Source: Escherichia phage vB_EcoM_JS09
Strand: one strand, 5' to 3'
Sequence record: NC_024124.2
DNA length: 64,000 nucleotides
Shown: piece by piece, positions 47,379-57,253 of the stretch
How positions within the stretch are numbered: position 1 is the stretch's first letter
Layout of the letters: every line of letters begins with the position of its first letter
Position numbers and translations under genes: made by a program
The notes under the pieces: model-generated
Database searches by the model: none
What the model was told of the DNA's origin: nothing
Seen by the model: only the letters and a program-made list of their open reading frames with translations

Positions 47379-47672
47379 ATGAAAAAGTTATCATTGGCAG
47401 CAATCTTACTTGCAGTATCATGTGCACCGGCTCCAGTTACGGCAGGTTATGATAAAGACCTCTGTGAGTGGTCAATGACTGCAAATCAAGAAGATGTTGA
47501 ACAACAAATCTTCTCTGATATCATGAACATCACTAAACGAGACCGTCCTAATATGGTTAATAAAGTTGTTGAACAACTTAAGTCTGGCGGTATCATGCAG
47601 TACAACTATGTTTTGTATTGTGACCCTAATTTCGATAACAAAGATATCGTAACCGAAATCACAGGTGAATAA
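47379..47672 (+). CDS. Putative lipoprotein / periplasmic protein
   Basis: Signal peptide MKKLSLAAILLAVSC; T4 spackle lies in this neighbourhood (identity not verified). Confidence 0.5.
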   Translation: MKKLSLAAILLAVSCAPAPVTAGYDKDLCEWSMTANQEDVEQQIFSDIMNITKRDRPNMVNKVVEQLKSGGIMQYNYVLYCDPNFDNKDIVTEITGE

Positions 47673-47673
47673 C

Positions 47674-48324
47674 ATGATTTATTACATGCACAAAAATGCG
47701 CCATTTAAATATGGTAAATTTCCTAATGCGCAATGTTATAATATAACGCCGAATGAAAATAATAACGGATATCATATTGGTGTAATTTTTGTAATTGTTA
47801 AAGATAACGAAATCGTTGCCTGGGCAGATTTTAAAGGTACAACATATGATGTTAATCCTGTGCCTTTCACATATTACAATATAATGGATTTGGCATATGA
47901 TTATAATTGGTTTAATCATGACGCGTTGGTTCATATTGAAGGTGTAGGATTTGACATCTCCTATTCTAGCTATTCATTATGTCCTATGAGCCGAGCTCAC
48001 GGTAAAGATGTATCATATCTTTCAATTCGGAAACGTGTAAACTTCAAACGTAGTACAGAGTATGTTGGTGGACTCTTTGTTAAAGATAATAAAATAACCC
48101 GTATTAGTTATCCTCTAAGTGTAGGTCAAAAAGATGTTGATGTTGATTTAGACTTAACTGAAAATAACATTAATCATATTGCTTCTGTATATTTTGATAT
48201 CGATGAAAAAATTGTAGTGTGTGGATACGAATTACCACCCGAAGAAAAGGCTGAAGCAATTGAAGTCGAATTAGAAATTTCTGTCGATGACCAAATATTT
48301 AATGCATTTATGAATCGAGGTTAA
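47674..48324 (+). CDS. Hypothetical protein
   Basis: ATG 47674 inside ORF 47665-48324. Confidence 0.5.
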   Translation: MIYYMHKNAPFKYGKFPNAQCYNITPNENNNGYHIGVIFVIVKDNEIVAWADFKGTTYDVNPVPFTYYNIMDLAYDYNWFNHDALVHIEGVGFDISYSSYSLCPMSRAHGKDVSYLSIRKRVNFKRSTEYVGGLFVKDNKITRISYPLSVGQKDVDVDLDLTENNINHIASVYFDIDEKIVVCGYELPPEEKAEAIEVELEISVDDQIFNAFMNRG

Positions 48325-48325
48325 A

Positions 48326-48523
48326 ATGACTACTGCAATTTGCACTGGTTCTAAAATTAGTGTTTTTACAAGTTTTGAAGATTATGAAGTTATTTCAAAA
48401 CACCAATGCCATATTAGCGTAAAAGCTAATGACGGTGTAATTTGGAATATTCCACAGTATGAAGGCACTACATATGAAGTCACAGATATAAATGGTGACA
48501 AAGCAATCTTTGTAATTGATTAA
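48326..48523 (+). CDS. Hypothetical protein
   Basis: 65-aa ORF, close coupling. Confidence 0.4.
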   Translation: MTTAICTGSKISVFTSFEDYEVISKHQCHISVKANDGVIWNIPQYEGTTYEVTDINGDKAIFVID

Positions 48524-48542
48524 ATATACTCAGGAGGTACCT

Positions 48543-49010
48543 ATGGGTATTATTAACACTGCAATAGATTCTGTTTACGCATATAAGTTTATTCGACTAA
48601 TGCAAAAACCTTTTACTGAATGGAAAGCATACGAAGCCAAAATCATCGATGAACGTGGAAGTGTTCTTAAACGTCCTTCCACTCCTGAAGAGAAAGCGGC
48701 TTATACACCTTTTCATGCTTCAGTTCGTTCAATGAAGCGAATGATGAGCACTGTTCCAGGTCTTAATGGAATGGCCTCAATGATGTCTGCCTGGAGTGCT
48801 GTAGCTTCACGCTATAACATTACGGAAGAACAGCAGAAAGAAATATTTAAAGAACTCCCTTTATTTGAGGATATGGTTGCTGGTGATTCAGGTGGCAGCC
48901 CTCAAGCTATTGCATCAGGAACAACTACAGGTGCAGTAGTAAATAAAGGTCCAGAACAAATTCCTTCCAAGAAAAGAAAGCGAATTAAAGTAAATATTAA
49001 TAAGTTGTGA
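48543..49010 (+). CDS. Hypothetical protein
   Basis: ATG 48543 after SD aggagg. Confidence 0.45.
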   Translation: MGIINTAIDSVYAYKFIRLMQKPFTEWKAYEAKIIDERGSVLKRPSTPEEKAAYTPFHASVRSMKRMMSTVPGLNGMASMMSAWSAVASRYNITEEQQKEIFKELPLFEDMVAGDSGGSPQAIASGTTTGAVVNKGPEQIPSKKRKRIKVNINKL

Positions 49011-49049
49011 TAAGATGGCCTTATTAATTTAAGGCCTCTGGAGAATACT

Positions 49050-50072
49050 ATGGCTGAATGGATAGATAATGAATTTGCTTATCGTGTGTTTTCTCACCTC
49101 CCTCGTTTTAGACAAATCAATAATTCAAGCACATTTAAATTAACGTTTCGTTGTCCAGTTTGTGGCGACTCCCAGACAGATGCAATGAAAGCTCGCGGTT
49201 GGTATTATGGCGGTACTCCTGGTAATGTACATTGCTATAACTGTCAATACCACAATACAATTTCCGGATACTTAAAAGAGTATGATGAAGAGCTTTATCG
49301 CGAATATCTAATGGAAGTTCGTAAAGAAAAAGCTAGAATGGAACCAAAGATTGAAAAGGTTCCTGAACATAAACCAGAACCGGAGAAAAAGACTATAAAT
49401 TCTTTGCCGTCTTGTTCTCGTCTGGACAAGTTGCCTGAAGAGCATCCTATTGTGAAATATGTTAAGTCTCGGTGTATTCCTAAAGAATCGTGGAACAGAT
49501 TATGGTTCACATTAGAATGGCCCAAATTGGTCAACAAGATTCAACCTGGTACGTATAAGAAAGAGATTCCTGAACCACGTTTAGTTATTCCTATTTTTAA
49601 TAAAGATGGGAAGGCCGAGTCATTCCAAGGACGTGCACTTCGTAAAGATGCTCCTCAGAAATATATCACTATTAAAGCGTTTGAGTCTGCAACAAAAATT
49701 TATGGTGTTGAACGTGTTAAGGAAGGGGACGTCTGGGTAATGGAAGGCCCTATTGATAGTTTATTCATACCCAATGCAATCGCTATTACAGGAGGCTCGA
49801 TAGATTTAGATGTGGTACCATTTAAAGAACGTCGGGTATGGGTAATGGATAATGAACCTAGGCATCCGGATACTATAGCTCGCATGAAGCGATTAGTTGA
49901 TGCAGGCGAACGTGTCATGTTCTGGGACCGAGCTCCATGGAGATCAAAGGATGTGAATGATATGGTAATGAAAGAAAATGCAACACCACAAGAAATTTTA
50001 GAATATATGAAACAGAATATTTCAAGTGGGTTGCATGCTAAAATGAGATTATCTCGTTATTCGAAGATTTAA
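49050..50072 (+). CDS. 61: DNA primase gp61
   Basis: Zinc ribbon CPVCGDSQTD...CYNCQYH and WIDNEFAYRVFSHLP N-terminus match recalled T4 gp61. Confidence 0.9.
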   Translation: MAEWIDNEFAYRVFSHLPRFRQINNSSTFKLTFRCPVCGDSQTDAMKARGWYYGGTPGNVHCYNCQYHNTISGYLKEYDEELYREYLMEVRKEKARMEPKIEKVPEHKPEPEKKTINSLPSCSRLDKLPEEHPIVKYVKSRCIPKESWNRLWFTLEWPKLVNKIQPGTYKKEIPEPRLVIPIFNKDGKAESFQGRALRKDAPQKYITIKAFESATKIYGVERVKEGDVWVMEGPIDSLFIPNAIAITGGSIDLDVVPFKERRVWVMDNEPRHPDTIARMKRLVDAGERVMFWDRAPWRSKDVNDMVMKENATPQEILEYMKQNISSGLHAKMRLSRYSKI

Positions 50073-50266
50073 ACAAGCCCTATAATAGCAAAGGCCAAAT
50101 CAACTACAGTATCCAATGGAACAGAAGGAACTATAATACCATTAGCAACTAATAATGGTGCGATACCGAAGTTCCATGAAATAATGCCACCTACAACTAT
50201 TGCGGCGATAGCAGTTTTCTTTTTATTGCCTTTAATAGCATTGATTAACGATGGAAGTTTAAACAT
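50069..50266 (-). CDS. Small hydrophobic membrane protein on opposite strand
   Basis: Strong SD TAAGGAG 7 nt before ATG on minus strand; AT-rich third positions; MFKLPSLINAIKG...AIAAIVVGGIISWNFGIAPLLVANGII. Confidence 0.5.
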   Translation of the reverse strand: MFKLPSLINAIKGNKKKTAIAAIVVGGIISWNFGIAPLLVANGIIVPSVPLDTVVDLAFAIIGLV

Positions 50267-50354
50267 AATATCTCCTTAGTTACCTATTATTTATTACGCT
50301 TTATAAAATTAATGTTAGAATTAACTCTCTTATACTGAATTGAAAGGAAAAATA

Positions 50355-50876
50355 ATGGCACACTTTAACGAATGTTCACAACTTATTTCTGGTGTTGATA
50401 AAGCAGAAGAAGCTTATTTTAATGCTCTGATTCACGAAGATAAAGACCCACTTCAGGTAATGCTTGATATGCAGAAATCTTTACAGGTTCGTTTGGCAAA
50501 TGACAAGCCTGAACATAACAAACATCCTGATGAATTGGCCACTGCAGGCGACGTTGTTGATTGGCTGCGTAATCAGAAAGATTATATTGATGATGAATTC
50601 CGTGAACTGCTGACTTCACTTGGTGGTATGAGCAATGGTGAAAAAGCCGCCAGCAGTGTATGGAAGCCGTGGAAAGCACAACATGCTGAATATCGTAATC
50701 GTCGTATCGATGAACTGTCTCCTGAAGACCAGCTTGAAATTAAATTTGAGATGATTGATATTCTGCACTTCGTTCTGAACATGTTCCAAGGTCTGGGTCT
50801 TTCTGCTGAAGAAATCTTTAAACTTTACTACTTGAAAAACCAACACAACTTTGAACGCCAGGATAATGGTTACTGA
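50355..50876 (+). CDS. 56: dCTP pyrophosphatase gp56
   Basis: MAHFNEC...DKDPLQVMLDMQ...SPEDQLEIKFE...AEEIFKLYYLKN matches recalled T4 gp56. Confidence 0.9.
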   Translation: MAHFNECSQLISGVDKAEEAYFNALIHEDKDPLQVMLDMQKSLQVRLANDKPEHNKHPDELATAGDVVDWLRNQKDYIDDEFRELLTSLGGMSNGEKAASSVWKPWKAQHAEYRNRRIDELSPEDQLEIKFEMIDILHFVLNMFQGLGLSAEEIFKLYYLKNQHNFERQDNGY

Positions 50877-50882
50877 TTAAGT

Positions 50883-50890
50883 TATAAATA
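50883..50890 (+). promoter_or_regulatory. Late promoter TATAAATA upstream of soc
   Basis: Exact TATAAATA about 30 nt before soc ATG; soc is a late capsid gene. Confidence 0.6.
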
Positions 50891-50921
50891 CACCTGTAAT
50901 TAAACAACAAAGGAGTTAATT

Positions 50922-51158
50922 ATGGGTGGTTACGTTAATATCAAAACCTTTACGCATCCTGCAGGTGAAGGCAAAGAAGTTAAAGGTATGGAAGTTTCTG
51001 TACCGTTTGAGATTTATTCAAACGAACATCGGATTGCAGATTCTCATTACCAAATCTTTCCATCAGAAAAGGCAGCTTATTCTGATGTCGTTTCTGATGC
51101 AGCAACTTGGAAAACTAAGAACGCAGCAATGTTTACCCCTACACCAGTAAGTGGTTAA
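50922..51158 (+). CDS. soc: Small outer capsid protein Soc
   Basis: GYVNIKTF...YQIFPSEKAAYS matches recalled T4 Soc; TATAAATA late promoter upstream. Confidence 0.85.
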   Translation: MGGYVNIKTFTHPAGEGKEVKGMEVSVPFEIYSNEHRIADSHYQIFPSEKAAYSDVVSDAATWKTKNAAMFTPTPVSG

Positions 51159-51166
51159 ATAATTTA

Positions 51167-51196
51167 AGGAATCCTTCGGGATTCCTTTTTTTTTTG
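51167..51196 (+). terminator. Rho-independent terminator after soc
   Basis: AGGAATCC-TTCG-GGATTCCT followed by 10 T residues. Confidence 0.75.
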
Positions 51197-51262
51197 TTTC
51201 TACAGTTTACAACCACTAAAAACTGTGTTAAGATATTATTACTTACTCAAGAGGAGAACAAT

Positions 51263-51490
51263 ATGTTAAATCGTTGGATTAAACCTAATAACACATTAGG
51301 TGCTTTGATTGCTCAAGAAGTTTCGTTGAAATATGGTCTTGGATATTATGACGACGTAGTCGTACACTCATTCATGATGGATGGTGAAGACGTCAAATTT
51401 AATGCCGAAATCCGTTGGGATGATGGTGGTGTTCGTTTTGTTCGAGGAACAATTAATGCTTACGATGCTGAAGAAGTTGTTTGCTGTTAA
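51263..51490 (+). CDS. Hypothetical protein
   Basis: ATG 51263 after SD gaggag; terminator + early promoter upstream. Confidence 0.4.
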   Translation: MLNRWIKPNNTLGALIAQEVSLKYGLGYYDDVVVHSFMMDGEDVKFNAEIRWDDGGVRFVRGTINAYDAEEVVCC

Positions 51491-51503
51491 ACCAGGCGAA
51501 GGT

Positions 51504-51692
51504 ATGATGCCTATTCCTGATACACGTGAAAAGGCTTGGGAATACATTGGTGACGGAATGATGGAAGAAGTTGTTCGTCCTAAGTCTGCTTCAAACTCTT
51601 CAAGTTATAATCATTCATACGTATCGTCTTGGCCCGGTGATTCTGGGTCAAGTTATTCTGATTGTGGTTCAAGCTCAGGGAGCTGCGAATGA
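51504..51692 (+). CDS. Ser-rich small protein
   Basis: In-frame ATG in ORF 51381-51692. Confidence 0.3.
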   Translation: MMPIPDTREKAWEYIGDGMMEEVVRPKSASNSSSYNHSYVSSWPGDSGSSYSDCGSSSGSCE

Positions 51693-51868
51693 ACAAGATA
51701 GTTAAATGGTTTAAAAGCTGGGACGATGGTGTCGGTCCAGAAGATTGGCTGGATGTTCTTGAAGAGAATATGGCTAAAGAATTCCAGAAACATGAAGAAA
51801 AGCTCGTCGAAGATGAAGGCGAACGTATTGTAAAACTTTATATGGGTGAACCATCGAGGAAATTATAA
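51689..51868 (+). CDS. Hypothetical protein
   Basis: ATGA coupling. Confidence 0.35.
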   Translation: MNKIVKWFKSWDDGVGPEDWLDVLEENMAKEFQKHEEKLVEDEGERIVKLYMGEPSRKL

Positions 51869-52332
51869 TGGATGCTATGCTATTTAAAATGTATTTGCTT
51901 GAAGCCAAGTCGTTTAAACATATACCAGTAGAAGATAAGACTCCACTAGAAATAGCTATTCTAATTAACAAAAGTCTAAATAATCCGCAATATATCGTAG
52001 AAGAATTCTGCAAATTGCAGATTCCTAAAGGTTACAAAATTCGTGTAGAGCGAGTTGGAGCTATTACTCGTTCTAAAAATTCTCCGTTTAGTCTTGAAGA
52101 AGGCATAAAGGACTTAGGTTATGAATCTACGGAAAATGCAGTTTATGTGAATCCTGAAAAGCGTTTAGACTTGTTTGAAAAGCGAGACCATAAGTATTTT
52201 GCCAAAAAATACTTTATTACATCATTAGCAGATTTAGTCCATTTGCAACGAGCTATTTGGAAATTTTTTAAGACAAAAGGTGTAGCGCTAGAAACATTCT
52301 CTGAACCTGCTAGTTTTTATCTAGGTGAATAA
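51868..52332 (+). CDS. Hypothetical protein
   Basis: TAATG coupling; 154 aa. Confidence 0.5.
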   Translation: MDAMLFKMYLLEAKSFKHIPVEDKTPLEIAILINKSLNNPQYIVEEFCKLQIPKGYKIRVERVGAITRSKNSPFSLEEGIKDLGYESTENAVYVNPEKRLDLFEKRDHKYFAKKYFITSLADLVHLQRAIWKFFKTKGVALETFSEPASFYLGE

Positions 52333-52333
52333 T

Positions 52334-52513
52334 ATGGACCTTATGAGTATGTTTGACGAGCCTGAAGTTGAGGCTCCTAAAGTGCATCGTAGTGAACTTA
52401 TTGATGAACTAGATAGTATTATACAACGACACGGCTTTAGTTTACCTGTTGAAGCCCTGAAAGACCTTGCATCTTATTATGACGACCCTCCACCATGGAG
52501 TCCTTGGAAATGA
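52334..52513 (+). CDS. Hypothetical acidic protein
   Basis: ATG 52334 inside ORF 52325-52513. Confidence 0.4.
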   Translation: MDLMSMFDEPEVEAPKVHRSELIDELDSIIQRHGFSLPVEALKDLASYYDDPPPWSPWK

Positions 52514-52729
52514 AAGAGAAATTGAAAGAGAAATTCTTACTAGAAATCAAGGAAAAAGACTTTGAGACATGGTATCGAATGGTGAAAGGGCTGACATTGC
52601 TTTTTAAAGCATCGTTATTCATGTTAGAACAACCTGGTCCTGATGGGCCTTTAGTAGGAAAGCTTAAAAAGTAGTTTACATTCCCTCCTCTCGTGTTATG
52701 ATAGGCTTATCTTTAAATGGAGGTCTATC

Positions 52730-53311
52730 ATGACATGTCAATCTGAACTTCAAGAACGCGAATACCTAACAAATCTGATTGATAGCAAATTCACCCGCCA
52801 AGAACAAAACATTCTCTGGGCCTGCACCGATTCTAAGGAAGACCCGGATTTCCACTATGAATTAGACCATCTTGTTCGTAAGCATATGACTTCTACAGTG
52901 CCAGTAGAACTCTACCGTGGTGTAACTCCAGAAGAAGTAGAACGTCTTTCCCTTCTTTCTGTGGGATGCCATTGGTCTCCTGGACGAGTAACATCGTTCA
53001 CAACTGATTTCAGTACAGCTCGTCAATTCTCCGGGAGATGGGAATATCAGACGTACACTATTCTTAGTCTCAGGAATGCTCCATTCATTTTTGATTACTA
53101 CCAAAACATGGTTAACATTGTACTTGCCGGAAAGAACCCTAAGCATGTTATGGAAGAAACGCGTGTTGACGTCCTAGATATGATTGAATCTGAACAAGAA
53201 TACATGGTCTCAGGTATCTCTAGATTTGAGATTGCGGAAATTGAAGAGTTAGAGTATGACCCTTTGTCTCGAGTATACAAAATCATTCACTTAAAGATGT
53301 TGAATTTTTAG
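52730..53311 (+). CDS. modB: ADP-ribosyltransferase, ModB-like (by position and R-S-E motifs)
   Basis: YRG, FTTDFSTA, EQEYMV motifs; tandem paralogue of next gene. Confidence 0.55.
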   Translation: MTCQSELQEREYLTNLIDSKFTRQEQNILWACTDSKEDPDFHYELDHLVRKHMTSTVPVELYRGVTPEEVERLSLLSVGCHWSPGRVTSFTTDFSTARQFSGRWEYQTYTILSLRNAPFIFDYYQNMVNIVLAGKNPKHVMEETRVDVLDMIESEQEYMVSGISRFEIAEIEELEYDPLSRVYKIIHLKMLNF

Positions 53312-53368
53312 TGTACAAACTCTACCTACGATGATACTATACTTTTATCAACCACAGGAGAAACCTAA

Positions 53369-53977
53369 ATGTTTATGCCGTATAACGAGTGTGAAATTGA
53401 AGAAATGGTTCGTCGTGCTCAAAACCCCGAATATCAAGATGTATTGCAGTACGAAATTGATAGTCAATTCAGCGACATTGAACAAAGTGTACTGTGGCAG
53501 TGTATGGAAAACAAGCCAGACTGTATTCAACAGGAGTTAAGTTCAATCGTTCGTAGAAATTGGACGTCTTCTGTTCCTGAGACAATGTATCGTGGAATCT
53601 CTAAGAAAACTATGGCCACACTCGATGATAAAGGTATTGGTAGTATTATTAAATTTGACAGAGTAATGAGCTTCAGCCCAGTGTTCGGTGTAGCACGTAA
53701 CTTTGCTTCGTATAATTTTTACGGAACATTTAATATGTTCTGCATCAAAGATGCACCATTTGCTTTCAACTTCCGTGAACATATGCTTAATATGATTCTG
53801 GCTGCACCATCTTGTGAGTTCAATGGAGCTTTCCCTGAAGCGACAAGACGGTCTAATGCTAGACTTATATCTGACGAATGTGAATTTATGCTCCCTATAG
53901 GGACTACACTGCATGTAGATTCTATTATTCAAGATGGACGTTATACAATCTGGAATCTGTCTATTGTCAGTTACTGA
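53369..53977 (+). CDS. modA: ADP-ribosyltransferase, ModA-like (by position and R-S-E motifs)
   Basis: YRG, SFSPVFG, ECEFML motifs; paralogous to 52730-53311. Confidence 0.55.
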   Translation: MFMPYNECEIEEMVRRAQNPEYQDVLQYEIDSQFSDIEQSVLWQCMENKPDCIQQELSSIVRRNWTSSVPETMYRGISKKTMATLDDKGIGSIIKFDRVMSFSPVFGVARNFASYNFYGTFNMFCIKDAPFAFNFREHMLNMILAAPSCEFNGAFPEATRRSNARLISDECEFMLPIGTTLHVDSIIQDGRYTIWNLSIVSY

Positions 53978-54129
53978 CTGAATTGGAATAACCGGATGGA
54001 ACTCAGAACCATTATAACACATAAAAAATTAAAGCATTTTATGAAAAAAGAGTGTACACTACCTGAGGGCATGATATTATAAGCTTATCAGCTAAATGAC
54101 CTAACGTCCGTAAGACAGAGGAAAATATT

Positions 54130-54876
54130 ATGTTGTCAAATAATAAAATTAACAAAATCAATCGTCGTCTTGACCACACCAGAGCTTCTGCGAAGAGACG
54201 CTCTAAGGATTTTAACTTAGACTTTAATTACCTTAAAAACATTCTTGATCAAAAGGTCTGCGCTTACTCAGGTGAATCTTTCAATAACTCTGTTGAAGGT
54301 GAGAAATTATCCTTAGAACGTTTTAATAACGATATCGGCTACATTAAAGGTAATGTTATCCCGGTTAAGAAAAAATATAACACGGCTCGTTCTGATTTAA
54401 CATTAGAAGAACTTATTGAGAAACGTGATGCCATTGCAAGACGTATCGCTAATCCTTCTGCCCGTAAAGTAGAGAAACTTAATCTCGACGAGAAGAAATG
54501 GGCCCAAATTAAAAAGGTTTATGGTACTATTTTAAAAATCCGAGCAAAACGTGAAAATCGTGTTAAGCATATGGCAAACATGATGAAAAATCAACCTTTA
54601 TCTAACGAATCTAAACTTAGAATTGTTGCTTTGAAAGCACGCATTAATGGCTCACATCAAGCAGAAGGCCATGAACTTACTAAACTCAACGTTCTTCTTA
54701 AAGGCTCTGACTGGAAAACTAAAACTAAATTAACTGACGCTGAATCGCTTTTCGATACATATGATAAAGTTATCCAAGGTCTGCAACGTTTTGAAAAGAT
54801 TGGTTTCATTGGTAAATTAAAATTGAAACGTGGCTTACCACTTAGCGCATCATTATTCCAACTGATTAAAGGTTAA
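54130..54876 (+). CDS. Basic hypothetical protein at T4 srd position
   Basis: 248 aa lysine/arginine-rich; lies between modA-like and dda; identity not verified. Confidence 0.4.
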   Translation: MLSNNKINKINRRLDHTRASAKRRSKDFNLDFNYLKNILDQKVCAYSGESFNNSVEGEKLSLERFNNDIGYIKGNVIPVKKKYNTARSDLTLEELIEKRDAIARRIANPSARKVEKLNLDEKKWAQIKKVYGTILKIRAKRENRVKHMANMMKNQPLSNESKLRIVALKARINGSHQAEGHELTKLNVLLKGSDWKTKTKLTDAESLFDTYDKVIQGLQRFEKIGFIGKLKLKRGLPLSASLFQLIKG

Positions 54877-54878
54877 TT

Positions 54879-55190
54879 ATGGTTTATGTATATGCAATAG
54901 TTTATCGAGATATGGAAGGATTTACTGTCCCGGTTCCACTTGATGAGCATCGTCCTGCAGTATTTTTTAGAAAGGATATTGCAGATAAAGTTTTCGATAC
55001 TTTGAAAACACAGTATAAAACAGATTTAAAAATGGGAGTTCTAAGAATGGTTGAAACTCCGCGTAAGTTCTGGTTTAATAAGCTTGAAATGAAACACGTT
55101 AAACTAGATGCGGAGACGCAAAGATTGTATCAACGAATCCTGGACACAGGCCGTATTGTTAGTATTCCAATTGCAGGGACTTTACGATGA
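54879..55190 (+). CDS. Hypothetical protein
   Basis: 103 aa; ATGA coupling to dda. Confidence 0.45.
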   Translation: MVYVYAIVYRDMEGFTVPVPLDEHRPAVFFRKDIADKVFDTLKTQYKTDLKMGVLRMVETPRKFWFNKLEMKHVKLDAETQRLYQRILDTGRIVSIPIAGTLR

Positions 55191-56500
55191 CATTTGATGA
55201 TTTGACTGAAGGCCAGAAAAACGCCTTCAACGTTGTTATGGAAGCTATTAAAGAAAAGAAACATCATGTAACTATTAATGGACCTGCTGGTACAGGTAAA
55301 ACAACCCTTACTAGATTCATCGTTGAAGCCCTTATTTCTTCTGGAGAATCAGGTATTATTTTAGCAGCCCCTACACATGCTGCTAAAAAGGTTCTAAGCA
55401 AACTTGCGGGTCAAGAAGCATCGACTATTCATAGCATTCTTAAAATCAACCCAACTACATACGAAGAAAACGTATTATTTGAACAGAAAAAGGTTCCAGA
55501 CTTAGCCTTGTGTCGTGTACTGTTATTTGATGAAGCGTCAATGTGCGACCGTTCTCTGTTTAAAATAATGTTAGCTAGTATCCCTAAATGGTGTACAGTA
55601 ATTGGAATCGGCGACCGATGCCAGATTCGTCCGGTAGACCCAGGCGAATCAACTGCGTATCTAAGTCCTTTCTTCACTCACAAAGACTTCGTGCAATGCA
55701 ACCTTACAGAAGTTAAACGTAGCAATGCACCAATTATTGATGTTGCGACTGATATTCGTAATGGCAAATGGATTTACGATAAAGTAGTTGATGGGCACGG
55801 TGTTCACGGATATACAGACCTTAAATCGTATATGATGAACTATTTTAACGTCGTTAAAACTCCTGAAGACCTTTTCGAAAATCGAATGATGGCATTCACA
55901 AATAAGTCAGTGGACAAGTTAAATTCAATTATTCGACGAAAACTTCTTGAAACAGAAAAACCATTTATTAAAGACGAAGTCATTGTTCTACAAGAGCCAT
56001 TTACTAAGACATATAAGCTAGATGGTAAAAATATGACCGAAATGCTTTTCAATAACGGCCAATTCGTTCGTATTCGAGATGCTGTAGAAACGTCTACATT
56101 CGTTAAAGCACGTGGCGTTTCAGGCGAATATATGATACGATACTGGAATCTTACAGTAGAAACATATGGGGATGATGAAGAATACATCCGCGAAGATATA
56201 AAGGTTATTTCTTCTGAAGAAGAGCTTTATAAATTCAATTTGTTTTTGGCTAAGACCGCAGAAACATACAAATTTTGGAATAAAGGTGGTAAAGCTCCAT
56301 GGAGCGAATTCTGGGATGCTAAACGTATGTTCACTAAGGTGAAGGCACTACCAGTATCAACCTTCCATAAGGCCCAGGGTATGTCTGTTGACACGGCCTT
56401 TGTTTATACACCGTGTATCCATTATGCCGATTCAGAATTAGCTAAACAGTTATTGTATGTCGGTACAACTCGTGGTCGTTTTGACGTCCATTTTATTTGA
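55187..56500 (+). CDS. dda: DNA helicase Dda (SF1)
   Basis: MTFDDLTEGQKNAFNVVMEAIKEKKHHVTINGPAGTGKTT matches recalled T4 Dda. Confidence 0.9.
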   Translation: MTFDDLTEGQKNAFNVVMEAIKEKKHHVTINGPAGTGKTTLTRFIVEALISSGESGIILAAPTHAAKKVLSKLAGQEASTIHSILKINPTTYEENVLFEQKKVPDLALCRVLLFDEASMCDRSLFKIMLASIPKWCTVIGIGDRCQIRPVDPGESTAYLSPFFTHKDFVQCNLTEVKRSNAPIIDVATDIRNGKWIYDKVVDGHGVHGYTDLKSYMMNYFNVVKTPEDLFENRMMAFTNKSVDKLNSIIRRKLLETEKPFIKDEVIVLQEPFTKTYKLDGKNMTEMLFNNGQFVRIRDAVETSTFVKARGVSGEYMIRYWNLTVETYGDDEEYIREDIKVISSEEELYKFNLFLAKTAETYKFWNKGGKAPWSEFWDAKRMFTKVKALPVSTFHKAQGMSVDTAFVYTPCIHYADSELAKQLLYVGTTRGRFDVHFI

Positions 56501-56509
56501 GAGAAAATT

Positions 56510-57187
56510 ATGAGCACTGATGTTATTATAGATTTTGAAACATTCGGCAATACATCAAAAGCGGCTGTTATTGACCTTGCGGTTATTGCATATAATTCCG
56601 ACCCTGAAGTTGTTGAATCATTTGAAGAACTTGTTCAACGAGGTAAGCGAATTAAATTTAATTTAGCTTCTCAGAAAGGGAAGCGAGTTTTCGCTAAATC
56701 CACTATGAAATGGTGGAAAGAACAATCAGCAGAAGCACGCAAAAACCTGGCTCCGTCTGAAGACGATGTCACTACGCTTGAAGGCATTAAAATCTTTTTA
56801 GATTATTGTCGAGCTAATAAAGTTGACCAATGGAAATCACAGATGTGGTGCCGTGGTATGAGCTTTGACTTCCCGATATTGGTCGATTTGATTCGTGACC
56901 TCTATCGTGATGAAGGTGTTCTTGAACCAGAGATTGATACTGATAAATTAGAACCGGTTAAATTCTGGGCTCAACGTGATATTCGTACGGCAATCGAAGC
57001 TTACTCGTTGACACGAGGATTAAGTATGTGTCCATTACCGATGGGTACGCTAAAAGGATTCGTTGCCCATGATAGTATTCATGATTGTGCTAAAGATATT
57101 TTGATGTTAAAATATGCTCAGCGTTATGCGCTTGGCCTTGAAGATGTCCCTGAGAATCCTGACCCGTTAAGTGTAAAACAGCGATAA
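56510..57187 (+). CDS. dexA: Exonuclease A (DEDD family)
   Basis: MSTDVIIDFETFG DEDD-type motif, 225 aa, next to dda. Confidence 0.85.
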   Translation: MSTDVIIDFETFGNTSKAAVIDLAVIAYNSDPEVVESFEELVQRGKRIKFNLASQKGKRVFAKSTMKWWKEQSAEARKNLAPSEDDVTTLEGIKIFLDYCRANKVDQWKSQMWCRGMSFDFPILVDLIRDLYRDEGVLEPEIDTDKLEPVKFWAQRDIRTAIEAYSLTRGLSMCPLPMGTLKGFVAHDSIHDCAKDILMLKYAQRYALGLEDVPENPDPLSVKQR

Positions 57188-57192
57188 AATCA

Positions 57193-57222
57193 GTTTACAA
57201 CCAAAGATGGTTGGAGTATAAT
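57193..57222 (+). promoter_or_regulatory. Repeated promoter cassette, CCAAGGATGGTTGGAGTATAAT family
   Basis: GTTTACAACCAAAGATGGTTGGAGTATAAT. Confidence 0.55.
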
Positions 57223-57253
57223 CTTTCCATCTTAACCAAACAGGAAAAACATT

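Noticed and set aside
52512-52535. Tandem 12-bp repeat GAAAGAGAAATT x2
   Set aside because: Only two copies, inside a small lysine/glutamate-rich ORF; most likely simple codon-level duplication
54130-54876. HNH-like homing endonuclease in the srd-position ORF
   Set aside because: A C-x-Y-x-G ... L-E-R ... G-N-V pattern is superficially HNH-like, but the catalytic His and second Cys pair are missing; too weak to call
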